NCBI RefSeq assembly: GCF_006345805.1
Contig: NC_043012.1
Location: forward strand, 34,906,001 to 34,970,000
From: Octopus sinensis
Taxonomy: Eukaryota
DNA length: 64,000 bases
Reading direction: 5' to 3'
Positions within the stretch are counted from its first letter, which is position 1; the number at the start of each line of letters is the position of its first letter. The notes under the pieces are model-generated. The model saw only the letters and a program-made list of their open reading frames with translations, was not told the origin of the DNA and did no database searches. The position numbers were made by a program, and so were the translations under genes. Positions 51,671-64,000 of this stretch are shown here, piece by piece.

Positions 51671-52041
51671 CTATCACTATGACCTGGCAATGCCGGGTCA
51701 TAGTGCTAGTGCATGCATATACAGCTGCGTTCGTGCGCACATACACGTGAGTACTGTCCAAATCTCCAACCAATCACATACAGCTAGCTGGCATTCAATT
51801 GGCGTATCAAGTTTCGGGCATTTTGATTGGGTTTTGGATAGAAAATTCACAAAACAGTCACTTCTATTGATTTTTTTAATGGCTTTGCGGGGTGACTGGG
51901 GAAATGTAAAGATGTGCACGACCACCCTTGGACGGTTTTGAATGACCATAGAAAGTGTGAGCCCTCTAACTGAAAAATTGTGGATTTGTATAAAGGACAC
52001 ACACACACAGACAGACATTTTGCCGTTTATATATAGAGAGA
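51671..52041 (-). mobile_element. Non-autonomous Helitron family 2
   Basis: Reverse-complement match to the 10921 copy. Confidence 0.85.
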
Positions 52042-52573
52042 TAATGGTTGTTCATGTACTTCAAGTCTAAATAACATAACTAAAAACTAAAGCAAAATCT
52101 TTTTTATTTAGGTTAGTTCAGCTGTTTAGGTAGTTGGGTATGTTGAGAGGATACGATGATGATAAGTTCACATTAACAACAATAATAATACTTGTTTCAA
52201 ATTTTAGCACAAGGCCAGCAAAGTTAGGAGGGGATAACTTGATCAGACCAATCCTAGGGTTCAACTGGTACTTATTTTAACGACCCCGGAAAGGATGAAA
52301 GGTGAAGTCTACCTTGGTGGAATTTGAACTCAAAATGTAAAGACTGACAAAACGCTGCTAAAAATTCTGCCATCTTGTTACCTCACAACAGCAACAATAA
52401 TATTGTCTGCTCTCGTTGACACATTGTCAGAAGAAGGGTATCAGACATTTATCCACTAGACCCAAGATGGATAAAAATCAGACTTCAAATGATGGGATTT
52501 GAAGAGAGAGAAACACTTAAAAAATAAAACTATAAAACTGTAGGACATAAAGTCTGGAATTCTACAGTCAACC

Positions 52574-52965
52574 TATTTCTTTACTACCCACAAATACAGA
52601 GAGGACAAACAAGGACAGACAAACAGATTAAATCGATTATATCGACCCCTGTGCGTAACTGGTACTTCCCAGAAGGATGAAAGGCAAAGTCGACCTCGAC
52701 GGAATTTGAACTCAGAACGTAGTGGCAGACGAAATACCTATTTCTTGACTACCCACAAGGAGCTAAACACAGAGAGGACAAACAGGGACAGACAAACGGA
52801 TTAAGTTGATTACATCAACCCCAGTGCGTAACTGGTACTTATTTAATTGACCCCAGAAGGATGAAAGGCAAAGTTGACCTCAGCGGAATTTGAACTCAGA
52901 ACGTGGCGGCAGACGAAATACCACTAAGTATTTCATCTGGCTTGCTAACGATTCTGCCAGCTTGC
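52574..52965 (-). mobile_element. SINE family B head-to-tail dimer
   Basis: Internal junction gaaatacc|tatttc at 52738/52739. Confidence 0.85.
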
Positions 52966-53705
52966 AGTCCTATTCATAAAATATGCATGATTTCAAAAGC
53001 TATTACACAATTTAATTACATAATCCTATCAAAAATATTTACAGCCAGTTTTATGTTCTGTCTCAAGTATTAATTTTTGATATGGCTAAAAACATTATGC
53101 AGATTCTAAAATTACAAAGGCTGTAATACCAGTTGTTTACCATCTGTCAAAATAATTAGATCTTTGTATTTTGGAAAAAAATATTTTCTTTGCATGTTTA
53201 AATTCATTTTGTGAATATATAAAATGGTTTCTTCATGGGTGGGAAATTTTCCTTAGAAGATTTCCCCTAATATATAAGAGGTTATAATAGACATGTATAC
53301 TTTCCAAGGGAAAACATTCTCTCATTCTGGAGGGTAAACTCTTGAATCCAGGAAAACTGGCACAAATCTGTGAGCGACATTTTGTCCACAGGGGAGTTGC
53401 ATAAGTTCAGTTGCTATGAGGAGAGTAGAATTTAATGTCTGTTCTTATTACAATCCTCACAACATCCTGGGTCCCCCTTTCTCTTCTATGAAAAACACTG
53501 CTATAATATATATATATATATATATATATAAAATGCAAAAGGAATTATAAGAGATTAAGAAGCAAGACTAGTGGTAGGGAGCATTTATACTCAGTAGTAA
53601 GACTCAAATGTCAGCTAATAAGAACCTGTGAGGAAATGTATGCTGGGAAAACCAATGAATCTTTCATTCACATTCTGATCTGGAGGTTTAAACTGTACGA
53701 TACTT

Positions 53706-54089
53706 GTGCCAGCGGCACATAAAAAGCACCATCCAAACGTGGCCAATGCCAGCGCTGCCTTCACTGGCTTCTGTGCCGGTGGCACGTAAAAAGCACCAAC
53801 TGATCATAGCCGCTGCCAGCCTCCCCTGGCACCTATGCCGGTGGCATGTAAAAAGCACCAACCGATCGTGGCCGCTGCCAGCCTCCCCTGGCACCTATGC
53901 CGGTGTCATGTAAAAAGCACCCACTACACTCACGGAGTGGTTGGCGTTAGGAAGGGCATCCAGCTGTAGAAACTCTGCCAGATCAGACTGGAGCCTGGTG
54001 CAGCCTCCTGGCTTCCCAGACCCCGGTTGAACTGTCCAACCCATGCTAGCATGGAAAACGGACGTTAAACGATGATGATGATGATGATG
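53706..54089 (+). mobile_element. Retroposon family C
   Basis: Tandem modules, body and (GAT)n tail. Confidence 0.85.
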
Positions 54090-56100
54090 GTTGTGAAAAA
54101 ACTTGGCTAAACCAAAACACTGGACCCGTGGACATGCACAAAGACAGCCCAAGAGACAGAAGATTTAATTGTGAAGGAAATGCTTTGGCATAACCTTTAG
54201 CTGTGATAATTAAAACAAAGTAGAGAACTTGAGAACATATGTGTGTGTGCATGTGTGCATGCATATGTGACTCTTGCTAATCTTAGACAATGCTGTGTTG
54301 TTGTTTTAGTCCATCTGTTGTGCTGTGTTGTAGCAGATTCAGAATAAACATAATTACAATTTGACTGTATGAATAGACTACTTTATATGAACACATATAA
54401 ATAGCAGCTGTCCTTGTATAGTTTTTTGTTTTTTTGTGAACTGATTTTGCAGGGTTTTATAATATAACATTTTCATTTTCCATTCATTATTGTTTCAAAA
54501 ATTTATTTTAGACCAGGGAGAGTTATCCATATCTATCTAAATAGCTATTTATCTTTCTATCTCCATCACAGTGTTTAATTACATAGATTGGCACGTTGGT
54601 GGTGCAGATATGTTCTATTTGATTTTGCTGCCCAACAAGATAGTTTTTGTGACATAATGTGATGCCAAAGAAACTACCTGGGATATCTTTCCTAAAATTA
54701 TACACAAGAATTGCAAAACTTTTCATATCTCATTGTTTCTAACAAGACTCAGAATGTCCTTCATATTTCATCTTTAACACAGAAATTCTTGCCAGTATGG
54801 AAGGCGGATGTTAAACGATGATGATGATGTATTGCAGAGTTTTAAAAGATATTATTTAAGGCTTTTGAAAATCCACAATAAGGTCACTCTCTAACCTTTC
54901 ATCATCTGACACAAGTTCCCCACCTCAAATGCCCTGCCCCTCTCATAATTACTTGTCTTGTGAGTTACTTGGTTACCCTGCCAGTGCTGGTGCCACATTA
55001 AAAGCATCCAGTCCACACTGTAATGTGGTTGGCATTTGGAAGGGCATCCAGCCGTAAAAATCATGCCAAAGCTAACCTCACCTGTGCTAGTGCCATGTAA
55101 AAACCACTGAGTCCATTCTGCAGAGTGGCTGGTGTTAGGAAGGACATCTATCCATAAAATCCCTGCCAAAACATTCACAGTAGCCTAGGGCAGTTTTTCT
55201 ACCTGGCAGGCTCTTGTCTTCCATCCTACCCTTGCATGGAAGATGGACATCAAATGATGATGATGATAAAAGAATAAAACATAAACCAGGATATTAGTAA
55301 GGAGAGACTTATCTCTCAACTGCCATAAAACCAGAACTAAACAAGAGCCCTTCAAAGGGAAGAAGGGCTGATGCACTATGTCATATAATTGAATGTCTTT
55401 TCGATGCACTAACTGTTCAAAATTAAATGTAAGATTGGCTACTTTTATTAAACTGTGGTTGACTGAAGCAAGATATATACCTTGTTATGATAGGAGTTAC
55501 AGGAGGAGAGTGAGATGACACAGAAATTAAGTTATATGTAACTAATTATCAGTTCAAACATTTCAGTAGTTTCTTATGTCATCTTCCTGGATAGATTACG
55601 GTAAGAAGACAAAGTATGTGCATGGACACACAAAGAATATAAAGTTCAATAAATTATTAGATTCTCAGTCAAAGCCTAGTTATTTTATAGTTAATATCAC
55701 CATGGTTCTTGAACTCATAAAAAATACATATACATAAAAAGACAAGGTAAAAATATATATATTTGAATAAAATAAAATATAATACAAATAGAGTGGCCTA
55801 TCGAAAGGGTAAATATAAACGACTAAAAATTTGTAAACTACCAAAAAATAGACAAAGATAAAATAAATATCCAACGACTAAAAAAGTTTTATCAAATGAT
55901 TAAAAATATTTGGAAAAAGTCATTTTACTCTTCTCACATTTTGCTTTGTGTGTGTTTCCTGTTTCATGTTCATCCTGATGAGAGGTGGGGGGGGGAGTCA
56001 TCGCCGTGATGCACTTTAGTGTAATTGAACTGCAGTGGTGAGCTCCCAAAATGGCCATTGACCAATGTAAATTTGACCTGTGGAAGTCTGTTTATTTATG

Positions 56101-56332
56101 TGGCGAGCTGGCAGAAGCGTTAGCACGCCGGGCGAAATGCGTAGCCGTATTTCGTCTGCTGTTACGTTCTGGGTTCAAATTCCACCGAGGTCGACTTTGC
56201 CTTTCATCCTTTTGGGGTCGATAAATTAAGTACCAGTTATGCACTGGGGTCAATGTAATCGACTTAATCCCTTTCTCTGTCCTTGTTTATCCCCTCTATG
56301 TTTAGCCCCTTGTGGGTAGTAAAGAAATATAT
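56101..56332 (+). mobile_element. SINE family B
   Basis: Full length, with TSD-like tatttatg on both sides. Confidence 0.88.
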
Positions 56333-57382
56333 ATTTATGAAATTTGGACGTACTTGTGTGATGAGAGTAAAAAGACCTTTTTTCAAGATATAGGTGAATT
56401 TGACCTGTGGAAGTCTCTGTTTATTTATGAACTTTGGACGTACTTGTGTGAATCCATTGTATGATAGATGAGAAGAACGGATTCACTGAACCTTGAACCT
56501 AACTCAAATGTAAGACTATCAAATTATTGAACATTTTCTTCTTCCTGTTTTTTCCTTACACTTTCTTTCCCTCTATTTCCTTTCGTTTATCTTTGCCTTC
56601 TTCGTTCTGATGATGTATATCAATTGCAACGAGGTAAATATATATTTACCCCAGCCTGATATACAGAAGCAGTGTCTATGCTAAAGTGCATGCACTAAAA
56701 AAAAAGATGAGGACTTGAAATTCAGTGGATAGGCCTGGGCAGAGAAGTGTAGCATGGTAACAAACCCAAAATTCGGTCTATGATGAGCGCCAATGAGTGC
56801 ATGCCCCCTAATTTCAAATAGTTGAATGTGGTTCTCTAGCAGTACTTTACAAAACAGTTCTTGATGAATGACAGGCTAAAGGGAGCACTTTAATGCCTGC
56901 CTCAACAGTTTGCCATAATTGTTGGACAGGGAGGCAGGCGCTGTTTAAAACCAATTTCAGTAAGATGAAGTGGTAGACATGCTGAACTACTGCACAAGAC
57001 ACAGATTGCTGGTAGCTATGGTGACAGAAGTGGTGTGATGGTAAACTTGTCTGAAAGGTGTGAAGACAGACATTTTCTTCTCCAGCCAAGCTCTGATCAA
57101 TTTCTTGAAGTAATACTTGAAGAAGAAGAAGGTAAGGGTGGAGAGGCAGATGTTGCTTTCTGGTGTGTTTAACAAAAGGTGGGCATGAGTGGCAAGACGA
57201 GTGAGGCTGAATGGGTTGCCCAGAGTAAGGGAAGGAAATAGGGAGAATACCTCACCATCATCATCATTATTATTATTATTTGTGTTAATATTGTTACTAT
57301 TACCAAAAATATATTTGAAGTGTTTTTGAAATGTCATTATGGCAATTGAAATTAATAGCACATGTGTGCATATATAAACACA

Positions 57383-57419
<37 letters not shown>

Positions 57420-57798
57420 TTGTATGAATAAACATATTGATATATATATTTAATTATATATAAACACTCACACATTAGCAATGTAAATGAATACTTCTCG
57501 CAAACTTTAAAAGAAATGATAAAATATATATTTTCCAAAATTTCTTGGTGTATGAAAGAAGTTTTCTCTTGCTTTTCTTCTAATTCTGATTTATTAAGTA
57601 ATTTACTTGTTTATTTATCTCATTTATATATTTCAAATTGTTAATTAATGGATTAACATTTGATCAAAATATGATAGCCTAAATTTCCTGCTGTGACTAA
57701 TAGTAATAATCCTTGAGATCCTGTTACAGAAAATAATTTCCTAAGAAAGTTAATCAGATCCTTGTGTCAGCAGAGTTTTTATCCAGATCAATCAAGCA

Positions 57799-57837
<39 letters not shown>

Positions 57838-58589
57838 ATTTACTCCCAACCTCCCCTGTTCCTAATGCAAACATCATTGCCAAACACAACCATACCATTA
57901 ACAAAAACATTAACATAATTACAAAAATCACCACCCCCACCCTAACACACCACACCATTCTACAACATAATCACCACATAACTCTCAGCATGAGCCAATA
58001 TTTACTGTCCTGCCAGAAATAGCAGCTAAATCTTTTTCAACTCATACTGTTGAAGGACACATTGGATAATGGTAGTCCCTGCTCTACAAAAAGACAAGAT
58101 GTTCATAGTTTCATTACCTTTGGCCATAGGCCAGCTCGGCCATGGCTGACTTGGCGATAAATAACAACAACATCCAATTGTTACTTTAAAAGCATGTCAC
58201 TAGATATATTAACTAACTCTACCCTTTTCCAAAAGTACATTCACACTGTCTCCCTCTTAACAGCAGAGTCCTCATTAACACAAGCTTAGCCTAACTCTGT
58301 TTTAGGACAGTATATTTCCCACAGCTACATGCTCAACCATCAATAAAACACTTAGGAACATAATGTTAATGCTGAAAATATTGTTGCAATGCCACCCTAA
58401 GGTCTTAACTTCAACTCACTTTTCTTCATTCAGTCTATGTACTCTCAGTATACTTTTTAGAATAATTAAATAAAAGATTCTAAATAAATGCAATGGAAGC
58501 ATTCTACTTTCTTGGTAGTACAGTGTTCTCATGCACAGAATTTTTTAAAAATACATTAACACCAACATCAAAATGAAAATCAAATGGAA

Positions 58590-58877
58590 ATTGTAGTTAA
58601 GATACCCATGCCGGTGACATGTTAAAAGCACCATCTGAATGTGGTAGTTGCCAGCGCCACCTGACTGGCGTCCGTGTCGGTGACATGTAAAAGCACCAAC
58701 CGATCGTGGCTGTTTGCCAGCCTCAACTGGCACGTAAAAAGCATCCACTACGCTCACGGAGTGGTTGGCATTAGGAAGTGCATCCAGCTGTAGAAACACT
58801 GCCAGATCAGACTGGAGCCTGGTCGAACTGTCCAACCCATGCTACCATGGAAAACAGACGTTAAACGATGATGATGA

Positions 58878-58880
<3 letters not shown>
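58590..58880 (+). mobile_element. Retroposon family C
   Basis: Body and tail. Its 5' ~133 bp is repeated in inverted form at 59169-59302. Confidence 0.85.
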
Positions 58881-58943
<63 letters not shown>

Positions 58944-59905
58944 ATGAGCTTCTTTCAATTTCCGTCTACCAAATCCACTCACAAGGCAGTGGTCAGCCCG
59001 AAACTATAGTAGAAGACACTTGCCCAAGGTACCACACAATGGGACTGAATCCGGAACCATGTGGTCGGTAAGCAAGCTATTTACCACACAACCACTCATA
59101 TATCCTTAAATCCTTAAAAATGTTTTAGCCCGAAGGCCGCGGCCATGCTAGGGCACAGGGGCCAGATAAGGCTGTCAAACAGCCACAATCGGTTGGTGCT
59201 TTTATGTGTCACCAACACGGACGCCAGTCAGGTGGCGCTGGCAACTGCCACGTTCGGATGGTGCTTTTAACATGTCACCGGCACGGGTATCTTAACTACA
59301 ATATATATATATATATATATATTATATTTATATTATATAAGGCAAGGAAGAAGATAATTGACAAACATTAGCGAGATCTATTTATTAATTACAATCATAT
59401 GAATAAATTAATAAATAAGAATAAATGAGTGAATATAACTCTACTCTTACGGCTGTTTCTACTTTGGGGGTCTAGCATGCCAAAGTTGACACATCATACC
59501 AAGATTGTACAAAAATTGAACAAAAATTGGACAAAAATTGAACCCTAGAGCAATTTTACTGTTATTCTATTGCATAGTTTTTAGATTCTAACTAATGACT
59601 AATGACTAATGGGGTTTGTGTTAGGAAGGGCATCCAGCAATAAAAGTCATACCAGGATGAACAAAAGTAACATACAGTAAAAGGAGCTCAATAGTTTTGA
59701 CAAGGACAACCTTAGAATCTGTAGTAAGTTAAAAGAGCAGCCAGTCCATGTCATGTTAAGCTGTTGGTGATAAAGAAGGACATCCAGCAATAATAATCCA
59801 TGCCAAAAATAATGACTTACATCACACAGTTAACAAGCTATTCCCTATTATTGTGTGAGCTAGCATGGAAGAACAAACAATGATCATGATGAGGAGGATG
59901 AGGAA

Positions 59906-60225
59906 TCATCATCATCATCATTTAACGTCCACTTTCCATGCTACCATGGGTTGGACAATTTGACTGAGGTCTGGCGAACCAGACTCCAATCTGATCTGGC
60001 AGAGTTTCTACAGCTGGATGCCCTTCCTAACACCAACCACTCCGAGAGTGTAGTGGGTCCTTTTACGTGCCACCAGCACGAGAGCCACTTTGGTGATACT
60101 GGCAACGGCCACACCCAAATGGTGCTTTTTACATGCCACCTGCACAGGAGCCAGTCCAGCGGCACTAGCAACGACCTCACTTGAATGTTTCACATGCCAC
60201 CAGCACAAGATCTAGAAAGGCGACG
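59906..60225 (-). mobile_element. Retroposon family C
   Basis: Same body and tail. Confidence 0.85.
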
Positions 60226-60488
60226 GAAAATATGAATTTCCACTAGGTTTAACATTTTTACTTAGGAGTTTATAATTCCTTACAAATTATTCAGGATTTA
60301 TTTGGAACCCTAACTTTTCTCAGTTCTTTTATTTTGGTAGCAGTTATTTGTATGAGGGAATCGAGAGAATGCTATTGTGTCCATTTCTCATTGGTTATTG
60401 ACGTACTTCATCTTTTCTACTCATAACGGGTTTCTTACAGCAACCAGGAACTACACCAAAATAGCAATAACAACAAGAAATAGCTCAC

Positions 60489-60564
60489 TTTTTAACATTT
60501 TCAATAAAACCTCCAAAGATCCTTCATAGAGACTCAAAGCTGCCTTGTAATTTTCACTCTTTAC
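60489..60564 (-). CDS. ULK3: ULK3-like kinase, coding exon (76 bp, phase 0 to 1): VKSENYKAALSLYEGSLEVLLKMLK(S)
   Basis: Acceptor ttccttttccatttttattcag| and donor AAA|gtgagc. The MIT-type pattern Y..AL.LY..SL..LL resembles human ULK3 ALDLYQHSLGELLLLL (recalled from memory). Confidence 0.88.
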
Positions 60565-61079
60565 CTGAATAAAAATGGAAAAGGAAAACAACGGTTAGTT
60601 ACACATACAGAGATGTGTGTGTGTGTGTGTGTGTGCGTGCGTGCATATGTGTGAATACATTTGTCTGATCAACAAACAGCCCAAAGGCTGGATATGCTTT
60701 CACATTAGGTTGTAAATAATGATAATGTTTGTATGGAGGGTTAATCTTCTTTTCGTGCAGCATGCAAACAATGCCAAGACAAAGGGAAGATACAAACACA
60801 CACACACACACACACACATGTATATGATTGGCTTCCTACTGTTTCCGTCTATAAATTTCACTCATAAGGCATTGGTCATCTTGAGGCCATAGTCAAAACC
60901 TGACCCAGTGACATACAGCAGGGACAAACCCTAAACCATGTGGCCCTGAAGCAAACTTCTTAACTACTCAGTCATGCCTATGCTTATAATAGGTGACACC
61001 AGTGTCTCTTATACATATACAATGCATAGATGTACAACAGATGTACAACAGATGTACAACAGATGTGCACATAGTAAAG

Positions 61080-62130
61080 AATATGTGTTTGAAGCTGATG
61101 AGTCATTTGATTGCTACTCTGAGTTTCTCATCAAGAACAGTGATCCAGAGAACAAAGAAATCTTTTTGTTACCCACAAAAAGTGAGTAGAAGACTGAGTG
61201 GCAATGGAGTTGTTCTAATCAAAGCACAATTCAGAATGAATTGGCTTCATTGGTCAACATGTGCAACATTTCAAGAATAAGACAAGAAAGAACCAGCAAA
61301 TGGTTTTTCCTTGCGCTTGTTTGCATGCTGTTTGCTCCAGGATGTAGCTTTCATGACAAGTGAATGCTACATCTTGGAGTCAGCCACCACTGAACTGAAA
61401 ACCCTTTAGCAAGCTCCCAGCATACCACTGTAGATCATTCATAGCATGAACAGTACAAAATGATGCAATGCAGAGGCAAAGTATACCACGTTTGCATTGA
61501 AGAACCAAATGCATGAGTTTATTTATTAAGCTTTCTAAGCAGAACAAAAGCTGTTGTGTGCAACAATAGCCTCTCGGTAATAAAAGTCTAACTTCAAAGA
61601 GAGCCAAAAACTGAGTAGCAATAGAGTGAAACCTGTTTCAGTTCCTGGCTGGTGTTTTTGATATTTTACTAACTTTGCTGTTCATACATTAATCCATAAC
61701 GATAATGACCATAGAGAAGTAGATAAGTTCTTTATTATTTTATTTGTCAATTTGCTGATAGCTTTGGAATTTTTCAACTCTACTTTCTGCTCAGATACTA
61801 TAACATCTTGATAGGTAGATTTTTCGGCTATGAAGCTTTCGTATAACTCTGGATTTATATGGAAATATTTTAGTGAGATCTTGAAAGTATCCTTGTAGTT
61901 TTTGCCTTGCTGATTGATCAAATGCTTTCCTTACACACTTACTGTGAAAAAATATTTTGAAAGTCATTCACACATTTTTTGCAATGTAATCAATTCAATG
62001 TAACTTGGCCCTGTATAGTAAACTGTAGATGCTGAGCAATGCTGTGCAATTAAGGACCTCGACATATGAAGTTTTATTCGGTCAACAAATGTGCAGTATT
62101 CTGCACAAGCAGTTTTTGCAGAATTTATTA
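61080..62130 (+). mobile_element. Possible highly decayed integrase-like (Gypsy/Ginger-type) remnant
   Basis: Scattered fragments such as KMMQCRGKVY and STYEVLFGQ, with many stops. Weak. Confidence 0.25.
61690..61930 (-). mobile_element. Decayed RTE-type LINE C-terminal fragment
   Basis: GKNYKDTFKISLKYFHINPELYE resembles the RTE pattern K.YKDTLK.SLK.F.I....WE. Confidence 0.55.
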
Positions 62131-63696
62131 AGTTTTTTTATGCCTGCTGTGAACAGTTCCTATCTTGTTCTCACACAACAAAATTACCCAAGAACCCACT
62201 ATATTAATGGTGCCATTAACAAATTCTTCAAATGATTGTGAGGACATGGATACACAGCAGTGATCATCTGATATTTTACACAGGTCTGCATTCGAGGGAA
62301 TAATTTCTACAATGGTAAGAAATAAACATTAATCTAGCTCTTGATAGAACTCAAACTTGATTCTCAAGAACCAAGAAGTACACTACATTACATAATTTCA
62401 CCCTCAACTGGTGCCTAATTTAATCAACTAGTTAATTAGAACATCCAGAAACACAAACAGTTCAGCTTTTGACAATAAGGGCATCAACTCCCTTCCCTTG
62501 GACATTACAACTATTCAAATCTATAGGTACCTGCTTCCTCCATTTTTTACACACCCAGATATTTTGATCAGATAATTTTCAATGGAATTAACTGTTGAAA
62601 GTTTAATTGTAATATAAACATGTGTTATTAACATCAGAATAACATCCTACATATTAATTAATGGTACAAATACAGTGGAAAGAATAATTAAAATAAATTC
62701 CATTCTCATGGACTTTTAAATCTGTGTAGCTTCACAGTTTAGAATAAATAATTTCAAGAGAACTTTATTTATCAGCTAAATCTTTCTCAACCAGCCCACC
62801 AGTTTTTAATCAAAAGTTCTAACCATGCAGCTGATATAATGCAATTAGTTGCTTTGGGAAATCCACTGTTTTAATGGTATCAAACGTAAGTTTTTACTCA
62901 CATTGCTAATGTTGGTTTGTTGCAAACAACTTTATGGAATTACGAAAACTGATGATGAGTTGTGACCTTAGCTGTTGCTATTGTTTCTTAGCCCTAAGCC
63001 AGCAAACTTATTTATCAAAAGCATAATGTGTCCTTCGTTTTTTTAAAATGGTATGGTGTAATTTAAGGACTTGTCTGCTATTTGTAACATTTCAGGTGCC
63101 TATATAGAGAATATCTTTGCAAAGCTGGAAACTTAGATTTCATATAACAAAGTGAAGAGTGGTAGAGCATCCTAAGATATTGCAAAATGAGTAAACGTTA
63201 GAAGGCTATTGATTAAAATCTTCGTTTATTTAATATTAATTTATAAACATAGGCACAAAGCTGAAATTAAGGGAGTAGGGTTTAGTCTATATCAACTGCA
63301 GTATTTCACTGGTTCTTTATTTTATTGACCTCAAAATGATAAAAAGCAAAATGTTATATGTAACTAAGAAACAATAAAATATATGTAACTAAGGTATGAT
63401 GTAATATATTACTGTCTTAAATCTGAGATGTTTCGGACAGAAGAAAAAAGATGTTATAGTGTTCATGCCTTATCCAAGACTATTTATAAATAAAATGAAG
63501 TGGTTCAATGTGGGAACTGAAAGTGAGGAGCAGATTTTATTGCTGAGAACTATGTTGTATCACAATACACATGACATAATATATTGTCAAGATGGGATGT
63601 CATACGTCATATATGATTGGGACGAAATGTAATTAATACTTAACATATGATGTAATCAAACAGGGTAAATTTCAAACACTTGCTTCAGGAACTCAC

Positions 63697-63764
63697 CTCA
63701 TTGTCTGCTTGTTTAAGTTGCTGTACGGAATTTAAAAGGTCTTTTTCACTGGTACAAAGGATCA
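63697..63764 (-). CDS. ULK3: ULK3-like kinase, coding exon (68 bp, phase 1 to 0): xILCTSEKDLLNSVQQLKQADNE
   Basis: Acceptor ctttttctttttcag| and donor GAG|gtgagt. The frame is open and phase-compatible with the next exon. It corresponds to the first helix of the second MIT domain. Confidence 0.85.
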
Positions 63765-63802
63765 CTGAAAAAGAAAAAGTGTTGGTTATGTAATTTGAGA
63801 GA

Positions 63803-64000
63803 GTGGAGGCGCAATGGCCCAGTGGTTAGGGCAGTGGACTCGCGGTCATAGGATCGCGGTTTCGATTCCCAGACCGGGCGTTGTGAGCGAAAACACCTAA
63901 AGCTCCACGAGGCTCCGACAGGGGATGGTGGTGATCCCTGCTGTACTCTTTCACCACAACTTTCTCTCACTCTTACTTCCTGTTTCTGTTGTATCTGTAT
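63803..64000 (+). mobile_element. SINE family D (cut by the window edge), antisense in a ULK3 intron about 37 nt from the 3' splice site
   Basis: Matches the head of the 4339 copy. Confidence 0.9.

Noticed and set aside
56847-57538. 183-aa and 80-aa minus-strand ORFs and a + strand EEEE|gtaagg donor
   Set aside because: The long ORF spans microsatellites, has no recognisable motif and does not fit the ULK3 exon chain.

Overview
Repeat-saturated, AT-rich animal genomic DNA, most likely from an octopod cephalopod. That assignment is inferred from the tRNA-derived SINE families and the TA/CA/GAT microsatellite load and was not checked by any search. The one host gene I can support is the 3' part of a ULK3-like kinase on the minus strand. 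Five GT-AG exons (63764-63697, 60564-60489, 50695-50655, 47744-47636, 47428-47367) join in matching phases to give an MIT-domain C-terminus, followed by an AATAAA. The kinase domain lies upstream, outside the window. The rest is mobile DNA and low-complexity repeats: four or five SINE-like families, Helitrons (one with a RepHel remnant), mariner, hAT, piggyBac-type and possibly Merlin-type non-autonomous elements, L1/Tx1, RTE and RLE-clade LINE fragments, several long fold-back (Penelope-like) elements and two tandem duplications. I found no convincing new multi-gene system. The best leads are: (1) two hammerhead-ribozyme-like motifs in sense orientation in consecutive ULK3 introns; (2) fold-back elements whose arms appear to be generated separately in each copy; (3) an apparent extension past the ULK3 C-x-x-Q terminal motif; (4) a SINE that inserts into its own sequence. 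Coordinates were counted by hand, and repeat boundaries are approximate unless TSDs or TIRs define them.
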